A stretch of 48,896 nt of DNA from Anaerohalosphaeraceae bacterium (GCA_050309605.1 JBNRMN010000062.1:1-48896); one strand, 5' to 3'. Counted from the first letter of the stretch, positions 28,580 through 38,178 are shown. Made by a program: numbers and translations. Notes: a model not told the origin generated them from the letters alone.

Positions 28580-29941
28580 ATGCAAAATGGTTTAAATCGT
28601 CGTGATTTTATGCGTTCCACGGCTGCGATTGGCGCGGGACTGTTCGTCAGCGGCGGCGCTTTGGGTCAGACCGGCGCCAACAAAGACACCCTCAATGTTG
28701 CTCTGATCGGCGCCGGTGAGCAGGGACAGGTCCTCTCGGATGCCATTCTTCGTCTCGGACGCGATTCCGGTATTCGGTTTGTCGCGGTCTGCGACATTTG
28801 GGAGCAGGTCAATCTCAGGCGTGTATCGCGTCGTCTGGATGCCTATAAGGCGTTCGGCCATAAAGGGACGCCCTATGTGGATTACAAGGAAATGCTGGAT
28901 ACCGAAGAAGACCTGGACGCCGTGATTGTGGCGACGCCGGATTTTTGGCACGCCGAGCATACGATTGCGGCATTGGAGAAAGGGTGCCATGTGTATTGCG
29001 AAAAGGAGATGAGCAATACGATCGAAGACGCCCGCCGTATGGTTGAAGCCGCTCGAAAAAGCGGAAAACTGCTTCAAATCGGCCATCAGCGGCGAAGCAA
29101 TCCGCGGTATCTGCACTGTTATGATAAATATATTCGTGAAGCGCAGTTGCTGGGCCGAATCACGACGATCAACGGCCAGTGGAATCGCAGCCGCTCTTCG
29201 TGCGAAGACCTCGGCTGGCCGGACGGAACCGCCATCGATGAGGCCGTGCTTAATAAGTTCGGCTTTAAGGATATGCATCAGTTTCGCAACTGGCGCTGGT
29301 TCAAGGGGTTGGGCGGCGGTCCGATTGTCGATCTGGGAAGCCACCAGATTGATATTTACAGTTGGTTCCTCGATGCCCAGCCGACAAGCGTTATGGCCAG
29401 CGGCGGCATCGACTACTGGAGCGGTCACGAATGGTATGATAACGTGATGGCGATCTATGAATACAAGACCAAGCTCGGTCCGGTTCGTGCGTTTTATCAG
29501 ACGCTGACCACCAACAGCGCCAACGGCTACTTTGAGTCGTTTATGGGCGATAAGGGAACATTGGTGATCTCTGAGTCTGCCAATCGCGGCAGCGTGTACC
29601 GTGAAAACTGGGTTCCGGAAGACGAATGGCAAAAATGGGCAGATCGAGGTTATCTGGTAAAAGTCGAGGGGCTTGCCGCCGCCGACGCCGCCGCCGATGA
29701 GGCCGTGCTGGACGTACGCGAAGGGACGGTTGCCGCTGCTGAATACAGTATTCCTGTGACGATGGATGTGCCGTATCATCAGCCGCATCTGGTCAACTTC
29801 TTTGATGCGATTCGCGGCAAGGCCAAGCTGACCTGCCCGGCGGAAATTGGTTACGAAACTGCTGTTACCGTGCTGAAGGTCAACGAGGCGGTTGAGAAAG
29901 CCTGTCGTTTGGAATTCAAACCGGAAGAATTTCAGGTCTAA
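28580..29941 (+). CDS. Tat-exported Gfo/Idh/MocA oxidoreductase
   Basis: NRRDFMR, IGAGEQG, TPDFWH, CEKEM, GHQRRS and DLGSHQID. Confidence 0.92.
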   Translation: MQNGLNRRDFMRSTAAIGAGLFVSGGALGQTGANKDTLNVALIGAGEQGQVLSDAILRLGRDSGIRFVAVCDIWEQVNLRRVSRRLDAYKAFGHKGTPYVDYKEMLDTEEDLDAVIVATPDFWHAEHTIAALEKGCHVYCEKEMSNTIEDARRMVEAARKSGKLLQIGHQRRSNPRYLHCYDKYIREAQLLGRITTINGQWNRSRSSCEDLGWPDGTAIDEAVLNKFGFKDMHQFRNWRWFKGLGGGPIVDLGSHQIDIYSWFLDAQPTSVMASGGIDYWSGHEWYDNVMAIYEYKTKLGPVRAFYQTLTTNSANGYFESFMGDKGTLVISESANRGSVYRENWVPEDEWQKWADRGYLVKVEGLAAADAAADEAVLDVREGTVAAAEYSIPVTMDVPYHQPHLVNFFDAIRGKAKLTCPAEIGYETAVTVLKVNEAVEKACRLEFKPEEFQV

Positions 29942-29964
29942 TCATCCACGGATGGAGAAGAACA

Positions 29965-31794
29965 TTGAATCGGAACATTCTGATTATCGGGTTGCTTGCC
30001 GTTGCCGGCAGCCTCAGTAGTGCTCAGGACGATGTTGAGCTGATCGGTGACCATCCCGACGGCAGCCGCAGTGTGCCGGTTCATCTGATTGAGCTGTATG
30101 ATGAGGATGGACGACAGATTCGAGCGACGGATCAAGACCCCAAACCGTTCTCGACGCGGCAGACCTGCGGCCAGTGTCACAGTTATGAGACGATCCGTCA
30201 GGGATGGCATTTTAATGCCCATAAGGCCGATGTGCCGGCGGGGCGGTCCGGTGAGCCGTGGGTACTGACGGATTTCAGGGCACGCACCCTGATCCCTGTA
30301 TCGGGACGCGCCTGGCCGGGGACATTCAGGCCGGAACAGATCGGGCTGACGTCCTGGGATTTCATGACTCGCTTTGGGATGCATTTCCCCGGCGGCAGTT
30401 ACGGTGAAATGGAAGCCGAAGACCCCGAACAGGTCATTCGTCAAAACATCAGCGGCACGTATGAAATCAATTGCCTGATGTGCCACCATGCGGATTTTCG
30501 TCAGGATGCCAGCGAAACGGCGATGCAATTGGCACGTCAGAATTATCGATGGGCCGCAGCCGGCGGCAGCGGAAAGGCGATCATCAGCGGCGTGGCGATG
30601 GAACTGTCGAGCTTTTTCGATCCGGAGTTTGACGAAGGCATCAAAACCACCTATCGGGACGGGGTGTTTGATAAGGACAATAAAGTCTTTTTCGACATTG
30701 CCGCCACCCCGCAGGATCGTCAGTGTTATTATTGCCATTCCAACCATGATACGCGGGTCAGCGAATATGAGGAATGGACGCGCGACGAGGATGTCCATTT
30801 GACCTCCGGGATGACGTGTACAGATTGCCATCGCAACGGTTTGGATCACTGGATTGCACGCGGCAATGAAGATGCGCACGGCACGGCCAAAACGCTGTCC
30901 TGCAAGGGGTGTCATCTTCTGGATGATGCCGAGATGATCCCGCAGGCCGGCCGTCTCGGCGCGCCGATGCCGCGTCATGCCGGGATCCCGCCGATTCATT
31001 TCGACAAGATGAACTGCACGGCTTGTCATTCGGGAACATGGCCCGAAGAACAGCCTGGACGATGGCGAACCGCCCGGATTCATCGGCTTGGTCTGCACGA
31101 TAAGCACAAGCAGGATTTGCGTCTTCCGCATATCTATGCCCCCGTTCTGCTCAAGGGCCAGGACGGTAAAATCGGCGCCCATTATCTGATGTGGCCGGCG
31201 TTTTGGGCGACCCTGAAAGATGATGAGCTGGTGCCGATTCCGCCGGAAACGGTTCGAGCGGCGGCGGGCAGGATTCTTTTGGCTGATGTCGAATTGGTTG
31301 ATGACTGGCGGCCGCTGACCGAGGAACAGATCGGCGATGTGCTGACGTTGCTCCGGGGCGAACCGGATCGGAGCGATCCGGTGTACATTTCAGGCGGCCT
31401 GCTGTACCGTCTAAACGCCGATGGATCCGTGCAGTCGCAGGAACATTCCGCGGCGGGGGCGTATGCCTGGCCGATGGCGCACGATGTGCGACCGGCTTCC
31501 CAGTCGCTGGGCGTGCGCGGCTGCGCAGATTGTCATACAACCGACTCGCCGTTTTTCTTTGCCGGAGTGCAGCGGGATACGCCCATTCAGGGCGATAAGC
31601 AATTTGTCCAAATGGTCACACTTCAGGGCATCGATCGGCTCTATATGTGGTTATTTAATGCCTCATTCGTGTTTCGGCCTGTCCTGAAGGTGGTCGCGTT
31701 TACAGCGTGCGGCCTGATCGGGCTGGTGTTGCTGATCTATGGATTGAAAGCCCTGGTCGTGGTCTCCAGGGCCTGTGCACAGGAGGCTGAATAA
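29965..31794 (+). CDS. Membrane-anchored multiheme c-type cytochrome (7 CxxCH motifs)
   Basis: Signal peptide; CGQCH, CLMCH, CYYCH, CTDCH, CKGCH, CTACH, CADCH; C-terminal hydrophobic helix; TTG start after GGAGAAG. Confidence 0.88.
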   Translation: MNRNILIIGLLAVAGSLSSAQDDVELIGDHPDGSRSVPVHLIELYDEDGRQIRATDQDPKPFSTRQTCGQCHSYETIRQGWHFNAHKADVPAGRSGEPWVLTDFRARTLIPVSGRAWPGTFRPEQIGLTSWDFMTRFGMHFPGGSYGEMEAEDPEQVIRQNISGTYEINCLMCHHADFRQDASETAMQLARQNYRWAAAGGSGKAIISGVAMELSSFFDPEFDEGIKTTYRDGVFDKDNKVFFDIAATPQDRQCYYCHSNHDTRVSEYEEWTRDEDVHLTSGMTCTDCHRNGLDHWIARGNEDAHGTAKTLSCKGCHLLDDAEMIPQAGRLGAPMPRHAGIPPIHFDKMNCTACHSGTWPEEQPGRWRTARIHRLGLHDKHKQDLRLPHIYAPVLLKGQDGKIGAHYLMWPAFWATLKDDELVPIPPETVRAAAGRILLADVELVDDWRPLTEEQIGDVLTLLRGEPDRSDPVYISGGLLYRLNADGSVQSQEHSAAGAYAWPMAHDVRPASQSLGVRGCADCHTTDSPFFFAGVQRDTPIQGDKQFVQMVTLQGIDRLYMWLFNASFVFRPVLKVVAFTACGLIGLVLLIYGLKALVVVSRACAQEAE

Positions 31795-32451
31795 ATGTTC
31801 AGAATCATATCGCTTATCGTATTTGCGGCGGTTGTGGGCGGCGTTGTGCTGCATGGTCTGCTGTTCCCTTGTAGTCGGGGACGGCGTTTTACCGGGGGTG
31901 CGATCATCCGAAAAAAAGTGCATTTGTTTACACTGCTGTTTCTGGAGCAGTCGCTCAATTGGGGCGGACGGTTGCGGAAGCTGGCGTTTTTACTGGGCTT
32001 GCTCAGTTTTGCCGTGCTGCTGTTGACCGGTTTTCTGCCCCCGCTGCTGGGCGGACGGCTGGAAGGATACTGGCTGATGCTTCACGCGACATTTGCACCG
32101 ATTTTCATTGCCTGTGCGGCGGTGGTGGTCGTAACCGGCGCCGAGCGGTATCGACTGCTCAAGTACGATGCCGAGAACCTAGCTGATTTGTTGAAAAACC
32201 GAAAAATCAAAAACACTTGCTGGCTGACCGACTGTTCGGCGGCGCCGAAAGCGGGCTTTTGGCTGCTGGCGGCGTTGTCGCTGCCGTTGACGCTGACGAT
32301 GGTCATCAGTATGACCACGCTGTTCGGCACGGAAGGGCAGGAATGGCTTTTTGAGGCCCATCGCTGGAGCGCGCTGGCATTTGCGGTGGTGGCGGTGTTA
32401 ACATTGTATGTTCTGATTCGCAAAGAGATCAGGAAGGATACGCAAATCTAA
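31795..32451 (+). CDS. Cytochrome b-like (FdnI/HyaC-type) integral membrane protein
   Basis: About five hydrophobic segments with His in or next to helices (VLHG, KVHLF, LMLHATF, EAHRWS); starts directly after the cytochrome stop (TAA-ATG). Confidence 0.6.
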   Translation: MFRIISLIVFAAVVGGVVLHGLLFPCSRGRRFTGGAIIRKKVHLFTLLFLEQSLNWGGRLRKLAFLLGLLSFAVLLLTGFLPPLLGGRLEGYWLMLHATFAPIFIACAAVVVVTGAERYRLLKYDAENLADLLKNRKIKNTCWLTDCSAAPKAGFWLLAALSLPLTLTMVISMTTLFGTEGQEWLFEAHRWSALAFAVVAVLTLYVLIRKEIRKDTQI

Positions 32452-32477
32452 TACACCATTTTTAAGGGAGGTTTACT

Positions 32478-33851
32478 ATGGCAAACGAAAGCTTACCGAA
32501 TTATCTGGCGGCGGCAAAACCTAATCCGATGGAAAATCGGGCGCCGTGGTACAAAAATACGGCGCCGTCTTATGCGGGCATTTTTCTGTCTGTGCCGTTT
32601 ATGGCCGGCATGGCCGGTGCGCTTCAGTTCGGCAGTGTATGGGCCGGATTTGTGGGGTTGCTGATTGGGGCGCTGTTCTGTTTTCTGCTGTACTATGTCC
32701 CCGGCATACTCGGTTTCAAAACGGGAATGCCGCTGTATGTGGTCGGCTCGTCAACGTTCGGCACGCAGGGCGGAATTGTGATGCCGGGGTTATTGATGGG
32801 GGCGCTTCAGATCGGTTGGCATGCGGTGTTTACGTTTTCGGCGGCCTCATTTTTTATGCAGGCCATCGGTCGGGACGCCGGGCCTAACTCGGCATTTTTC
32901 TGGCTGATTTGTGCGGTTTGGGGATTGATTTTTGCGTTTGTGGGGGCGGTTGGCATTAGCTGGCTGGGCTGGCTGTCAAGCTGGATTCCCGTCTTTCCTT
33001 TGGCCGCCATTGTGATTGCGGGGTTTGCCAATATGGGCGGCATCGGCAAATTCGAGTCGGTCGCCGACATCGCTCGCTCGGCGGCCATCATTCCCGTCAT
33101 GGGGCTGGGTGCGTTTGCGGCGATACAGGCCGCGGCCGGCTTTTTTGCGACGGCCGGTGCTGCCGGTGCTGATTTTACGATGAACAGTCGTTCTCAGAAA
33201 GACGTGGTGCTGGGCGGATTTTGGGGCATTACGATTGCGGCGCTGGTCGCCGGTACGTTTGCCCTGTTTACGATTGCCGGAGCCGTCGGCAACAATCCGC
33301 AACTGGCGATTCAGCACGGGGTGGGAACGGATAAAATGGCCGGAATTCCGCTGTTTATCAGCTCGCTCGGCGAGGTCGGCGGCTTATCGAAGATCATGTT
33401 CTGGGTGTTCTTGATTGCCTGTATTTGTCCGACGGGTTTTTGTGCGTTTTTGGCGGCCAATTCATTCTCGACGATGTTCCCCAAGCTGCCGCGTACCGGT
33501 ATGACGATGGCAGCCGGCGTCGTGGGCGTGATTCTGGCTGCGACGGGGCTGGCCAACAATCTGGCGGTGTTCTTCGGCTTGATCGGGGCTTCTTTCGGTC
33601 CGATTATCGGCGCCATGACCGCTGACTATATCCGCAGCGGAGGCTGGAGCGGGCCGCGGAAAGGGATTAACTGGGCCGGCTATATCGCTTGGGCTGTGGG
33701 GTTTGTTGTGGGTATCTTTGGTGTCCTTCCAGGCGTCGGATTCAGTTACGGCCTTGAAACGCTCGTCTCGTTCATTCTCGGATTCTCAATCTATCTGCTG
33801 GCCGCGGAAATGGGACTGGAGCCGGAAACGGTATCCTTGGAAAACAAGTAA
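32478..33851 (+). CDS. NCS1/cytosine-permease-family transporter
   Basis: About 12 TMs; GFKTGMPLYVVGSSTFGTQG, QIGWH, ADFTMNSR, SFGPIIGAMTADY; strong RBS AAGGGAGG. Confidence 0.75.
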   Translation: MANESLPNYLAAAKPNPMENRAPWYKNTAPSYAGIFLSVPFMAGMAGALQFGSVWAGFVGLLIGALFCFLLYYVPGILGFKTGMPLYVVGSSTFGTQGGIVMPGLLMGALQIGWHAVFTFSAASFFMQAIGRDAGPNSAFFWLICAVWGLIFAFVGAVGISWLGWLSSWIPVFPLAAIVIAGFANMGGIGKFESVADIARSAAIIPVMGLGAFAAIQAAAGFFATAGAAGADFTMNSRSQKDVVLGGFWGITIAALVAGTFALFTIAGAVGNNPQLAIQHGVGTDKMAGIPLFISSLGEVGGLSKIMFWVFLIACICPTGFCAFLAANSFSTMFPKLPRTGMTMAAGVVGVILAATGLANNLAVFFGLIGASFGPIIGAMTADYIRSGGWSGPRKGINWAGYIAWAVGFVVGIFGVLPGVGFSYGLETLVSFILGFSIYLLAAEMGLEPETVSLENK

Positions 33852-33912
33852 ACCCAACGAGGTTTCGATTTCGTATTCATAAGGTATTATGAATACAGAA
33901 TAAGATGTTTTG

Positions 33913-33956
33913 ACGTCGCGGCTTTCTGGAGGGTTCAGCGGCCGCGACGTTTTTTT
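33913..33956 (+). terminator. Rho-independent terminator ending the oxidoreductase/cytochrome/permease operon
   Basis: acgtcgcggc / gccgcgacgt 10-bp stem followed by a T run. Confidence 0.7.
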
Positions 33957-34010
33957 GTCGGAAGAAAGCCACGGACAATCGATTAGTGAAGGCATGAAAA
34001 AAACCGGAAT

Positions 34011-34038
34011 TTGACTTTTTGGATTTTTCAGTTACAAT
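34011..34038 (+). promoter_or_regulatory. Putative sigma70 promoter for the lipoprotein and GT-C/ApbE genes
   Basis: TTGACT-16 nt-TACAAT. Confidence 0.5.
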
Positions 34039-34100
34039 AGTTTCAATCAAATAAGTATAAGAAACAGACAATAATGGTATATAACTGGGAGACAGTCAAA

Positions 34101-34877
34101 ATGAAAAAATTGGTGTGGTTGAGTGTGGTACTGACAATCGGTCTGGTCGCTTTTGGATGCAAAAAAAGTTCGCCTCCTCCGGCCCAACCGGAAGACGAGC
34201 AGGCAACCCGTCCGGTCGATAGTGAACCGGCGACATCAACGGAACAGGTTCCCGCGACCTCGGATACTGAACCGGCAAACGAGGATGAGAATCTTGTTCC
34301 GATACCGCTGACGTTGCCCAAGCCGATGTTTGTCGGAACGCCGCAGAATCTGGAAGGTGTGCAGAATCTTGAAAAACCGCTCGGCAGGCCGCGCCCGCCG
34401 TTTCTGGCGCCCGAAGGGGTCACTAATGTGGCGCTCAACAAGCCGGTGACCAGCTCGGAGCCGTTTCCGATAATGGGTGAGCTGGAGATGATTGTCGATG
34501 GCGACAAGGAAGCCACCGAAGGCAGTGTGGTGGAACTGGGGCCGTTTGCCCAGTGGGTGATGATTGACCTTGAAAAAGAACACGACATTTATGCCATTGT
34601 CGTCTGGCACTATCATCGCACGCCGGCGGTGTATTTCAATGTGGTCGTCGAGATTTCCGACGATCCGGAATTTATTGAATCGACGGTGGTCTTCAACAAT
34701 GATCACAACAATTCGCTGGGCCTGGGTGTGGGAACCGACCAAAACTATGTTGAAACCTCGGAAGGCAAGCTCATCGATTGCAAAGGGATCAGCGGTCGCT
34801 ATGTTCGCCTGTGGAGCGAGGGCAACAACCAGAACGACTACAACCACTATATTGAAGTGGAAGTGTATGGCAAATAG
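34101..34877 (+). CDS. Lipoprotein with Pro/Ser/Thr/acidic linker and discoidin (F5/8 type C)-like domain
   Basis: MKK..VAFGC lipobox; NVALNKPVTSS, WVMIDL, GRYVRLWS, HYIEVEVYG. Confidence 0.75.
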   Translation: MKKLVWLSVVLTIGLVAFGCKKSSPPPAQPEDEQATRPVDSEPATSTEQVPATSDTEPANEDENLVPIPLTLPKPMFVGTPQNLEGVQNLEKPLGRPRPPFLAPEGVTNVALNKPVTSSEPFPIMGELEMIVDGDKEATEGSVVELGPFAQWVMIDLEKEHDIYAIVVWHYHRTPAVYFNVVVEISDDPEFIESTVVFNNDHNNSLGLGVGTDQNYVETSEGKLIDCKGISGRYVRLWSEGNNQNDYNHYIEVEVYGK

Positions 34878-34883
34878 CCGCCT

Positions 34884-37412
34884 ATGAGGTTATCACGGAC
34901 AGGATGTCTGCTGTTCGGTATGACGCTTGCATTTGGCCTCTGGTTCAGGATTTATGCCCTGGACCTGAGGCCGATGCATACCGATGAAGCGGTTCATGCC
35001 GAAAAATTCGGTGCTCTGCTGGATGAGGGCTTTTACGCCTATGACCCCGACGAGTACCACGGTCCGACGCTGAATTATCTGACGCTTCCGGTGGCCTGGT
35101 TCCGCGGACAAGCGTCCTATATCGACATTGACGAAAAAACACTTCGCTTTGTGCCGGCGATTTTCGGAACGCTGCTTCTATTGACCCCGCTTTTGTTTTT
35201 TGACGGTATTGGTCTGCGCGCGGCGGTGTTTTCAACCGTGCTGCTGGCGTTCTCGCCCGCTTTTGTCTATTACAGCCGCTATTATATTCAGGAGATGCTG
35301 CTGGTTTGTTTTACGGCCGGCTTTCTGGGCGGGATGTGGCGTTATATGCGGTCTTGTCGCCTCAGATGGATCCTCTTTGCCGGCGTGTGTGCCGGTCTGA
35401 TGCACGCGACGAAAGAAACTTGTGCGCTGACGTTTGCCGCGGTGATGCTGGCGGCGCTGCTGACGCTGGTCTTGGCGGGCTGGCCGGTGCGTTTTTCGCT
35501 GTACAACCGGAATGGACTGTTGGGCCTGCTGGCCGCGGCAGTGACCAGTATGGTCTTTTTTTCTTCCTTCGGCAAACATCCCGACGGCATTCTGGATTCG
35601 GTGCTGACCTATACCTACTGGCTCAATCGCGCCGGCCAGCACAGCATCCACGCTCATCCGTGGTATTGGTATCTGGATTTAATGGTGTGGGTTGAGTTTT
35701 TCCAGCCGATTTCGTGGAATGAAGACATCATTGCTGCCGGCGCCCTGTTTGGATTCTTTTTTGCATTTCAACGTCGCCCAGGGCTGTCGCATCGCCGCCC
35801 ATTCGGTGTGTTTCTGGCTCTGTTTACGTTGATTTTAACGATTATTTATTCGAGCATCCCATATAAAACGCCGTGGTGTGCGTTAAATTTTATGTACGGG
35901 ATGGTTTTGCTCGCGGGGTTGGCCGCCGACCGGATGCTGCGCTGGGATGTGATGCGATGGCAGAAAATCATGCTGTGCATCGTACTGGCCGGCTTCGGGG
36001 TTGTCAGTCCGCTGCTTCAGTCGGTGTTTCTGAACACCCGGTACGCCGCCCATCCGAGCAACCCGTGGGTGTATGCTCACACCGGCCCGGATGTGTTCAA
36101 GATCGAGCAGACTGTCCGCCGCGTTGCGGACGTCCATCCGGACGGTAAGCGAATGTTTATTCAGGTTGTTGCGCCGGGACATGATTACTGGCCGCTGCCG
36201 TGGTATCTGCGGGATTTTGAGGCGGCAGCCTATACCGACACCGCCGATTCGCATTTGCCCAATGCGCCGTTGGTGATTGGCCATGTCGATGTCAAGCAGG
36301 ATGTGCTGCGAAAACTGTATGAGACCCCGCCGCCGGGTCAGCGTGAACTTTATGTGCCGTTGTTTGATGAGTATATCGAGCTGCGCCCCGGCGTCGAATG
36401 GCGGGGCGTGGTGACGCGATCCCTGTGGGAAAAAGTATTTGCTCAGCCGCCGCCGGCCGTTGAATTGTCTCATGATCAAGCGAATGAGGGACCTATTGTG
36501 CATATTCAGCCCGACCGTAACGAGATTTTGAAAACGGCCAAGTTCAGCCATCAGGCAATGAATACGGTCTTTGAAATCTGGATTCAGCATGCGGACGGCT
36601 CCTATGCCGGCCGTGCCGCCCGTGCGGCATTTAACGAGGTCAATCGGCTGGAGCAGGAGCTGAGTCGTTTCATTGAGAACAGCGATATTGGCCGCATTAA
36701 TCAGGCGCAGCCGGGCGAATCGGTGGTGGTCTCGCCGGATACCATGGGGTGTTTGAAAATTGCCGAAGACGTTTACACACGGACAGACGGCGCGTTTGAT
36801 ATATCGGTCGGCCCGCTGGTTCGGCTTTGGCGGCAGGGCGAACCGACTCCGGATCAGATCGCCCGACTGTTGCCGACGCGAGAGAGCAGACCGTTTGAAC
36901 TCAACACAGAAGAGCTAACCGTTACCGTAGTGCGGTCGGATTTGGAGTTAGATTTAGGCGGCGTGGCCAAAGGCTACGCGATTGATCGGATGGCCGAAAT
37001 TTTGGACCAGTGGGCCATTGAACATGCCCTGATACACGGCGGAGCAAGCTCAGTGCGCGCGTTGGGGCCGCCGCAAGAAAGGAAGGGCTGGCCGATTCGG
37101 TTGTCCAATCCACACGACCCAGCCCAAACGCTGGTTCGCCTGGCGTTAGCCGATTGCGTGCTGAGCTGTTCAGGACTTCAGCGAGGGGGGCATATCATCA
37201 ATCCTGCCGCCGGACACCCCGTCTCCGATAGAAGGGCGGTCTGGCTGCTGACGGATTGTTCCGCAGCTCAAGCCGACGCCCTGAGTACCGCTTTTATGGT
37301 GATGCCAATCGAGGCGATTGAACAATTTGCCGAAGAACATCCGCAGGTCGGCTTGATGCTGATTCCGAACGATCCGGATCAATCGCCGTTGAAATGGGGG
37401 CTGTGGCCTTAG
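34884..37412 (+). CDS. Fusion of GT-C membrane glycosyltransferase (TIGR03663/Agl23/PMT-like) and ApbE FAD:protein FMN transferase
   Basis: N-part RPMHTDEAVH, YDPDEYHGP, YSRYYIQE, ATKE, YKTPW, DYWPLPWYLR. C-part (from ~36540) AMNT, GAFDISVGPL, LDLGGVAKGYAID, GHIINP, ADALSTA. One continuous 842-aa frame. Confidence 0.82.
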   Translation: MRLSRTGCLLFGMTLAFGLWFRIYALDLRPMHTDEAVHAEKFGALLDEGFYAYDPDEYHGPTLNYLTLPVAWFRGQASYIDIDEKTLRFVPAIFGTLLLLTPLLFFDGIGLRAAVFSTVLLAFSPAFVYYSRYYIQEMLLVCFTAGFLGGMWRYMRSCRLRWILFAGVCAGLMHATKETCALTFAAVMLAALLTLVLAGWPVRFSLYNRNGLLGLLAAAVTSMVFFSSFGKHPDGILDSVLTYTYWLNRAGQHSIHAHPWYWYLDLMVWVEFFQPISWNEDIIAAGALFGFFFAFQRRPGLSHRRPFGVFLALFTLILTIIYSSIPYKTPWCALNFMYGMVLLAGLAADRMLRWDVMRWQKIMLCIVLAGFGVVSPLLQSVFLNTRYAAHPSNPWVYAHTGPDVFKIEQTVRRVADVHPDGKRMFIQVVAPGHDYWPLPWYLRDFEAAAYTDTADSHLPNAPLVIGHVDVKQDVLRKLYETPPPGQRELYVPLFDEYIELRPGVEWRGVVTRSLWEKVFAQPPPAVELSHDQANEGPIVHIQPDRNEILKTAKFSHQAMNTVFEIWIQHADGSYAGRAARAAFNEVNRLEQELSRFIENSDIGRINQAQPGESVVVSPDTMGCLKIAEDVYTRTDGAFDISVGPLVRLWRQGEPTPDQIARLLPTRESRPFELNTEELTVTVVRSDLELDLGGVAKGYAIDRMAEILDQWAIEHALIHGGASSVRALGPPQERKGWPIRLSNPHDPAQTLVRLALADCVLSCSGLQRGGHIINPAAGHPVSDRRAVWLLTDCSAAQADALSTAFMVMPIEAIEQFAEEHPQVGLMLIPNDPDQSPLKWGLWP

Positions 37413-37418
37413 CACGGC

Positions 37419-38165
37419 CTAACAATAGATCATTTTTCTTGTCATTCCGCCGTCAATGATAAAATTCTGGCCGGTGATAAAGCCGGCTTTCTCCGAACAC
37501 AAATAAAGGGCCATTTCGGCGATGTCTTCCGGTTGTCCGACTCGGCCGACCGGGTGCTGAGCGTGATCTCGGTCGGTTAATGTCTCTGCGGGGACGTCCT
37601 GCTGCCATGCGTTTGTAACGATCCAGCCCGGGCTGATGCAGTTGACGCGCACCGGAGCCAGACTCATCGCCAGCGAATGAGTCAGCCCTGCCAATCCGGC
37701 CTTGGAGGCTGAATAGGCCTCTGTGTGCGGCTCACTCATCAACGCTCGCGTTGAGGCGATCAGTACGATGGCGCCGGCGGTTTTTTTGAGGAAAGCAGCG
37801 GCGTGCTTGGCACACAAAAACGCGCCGGACAGGTTGACATTCAAAACCTGCTGCCATTGATTGTAGTCAAGTTGCTCAATCGGGCGATTGTCAGCGATAG
37901 CGGCATTATGCACGATCGCATCCAGACGACCGGACCATTGAACCGCCTGTCGTATGACCGCTTCGACATCGGCTTCCATCGCGACATCAGTCTGTACAAA
38001 TAAAGCCCGCTCGGTCTGTTTCAATCTGTCCAAGGCGAAAGTTTTTAACTGTCGGTTTTTCTCGGCCAGTACGACAGAGGCTCCGGCCTGAATAAAACGA
38101 TATGCGATGCACAACCCAATGCCTCGGCCGGCGCCTGTGATGAGAATTGTTTTTCCGGCAACCAT
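37419..38165 (-). CDS. Short-chain dehydrogenase/reductase
   Basis: TGAGRGIG, HNAA, YSASK, VNCISPG, DGG. Confidence 0.93.
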   Translation of the reverse strand: MVAGKTILITGAGRGIGLCIAYRFIQAGASVVLAEKNRQLKTFALDRLKQTERALFVQTDVAMEADVEAVIRQAVQWSGRLDAIVHNAAIADNRPIEQLDYNQWQQVLNVNLSGAFLCAKHAAAFLKKTAGAIVLIASTRALMSEPHTEAYSASKAGLAGLTHSLAMSLAPVRVNCISPGWIVTNAWQQDVPAETLTDRDHAQHPVGRVGQPEDIAEMALYLCSEKAGFITGQNFIIDGGMTRKMIYC

Positions 38166-38178
38166 AGCGGATTGTCCC

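Noticed and set aside
28592..31182. 398- and 414-aa minus-strand ORFs
   Set aside because: Antisense shadows of the oxidoreductase and multiheme cytochrome
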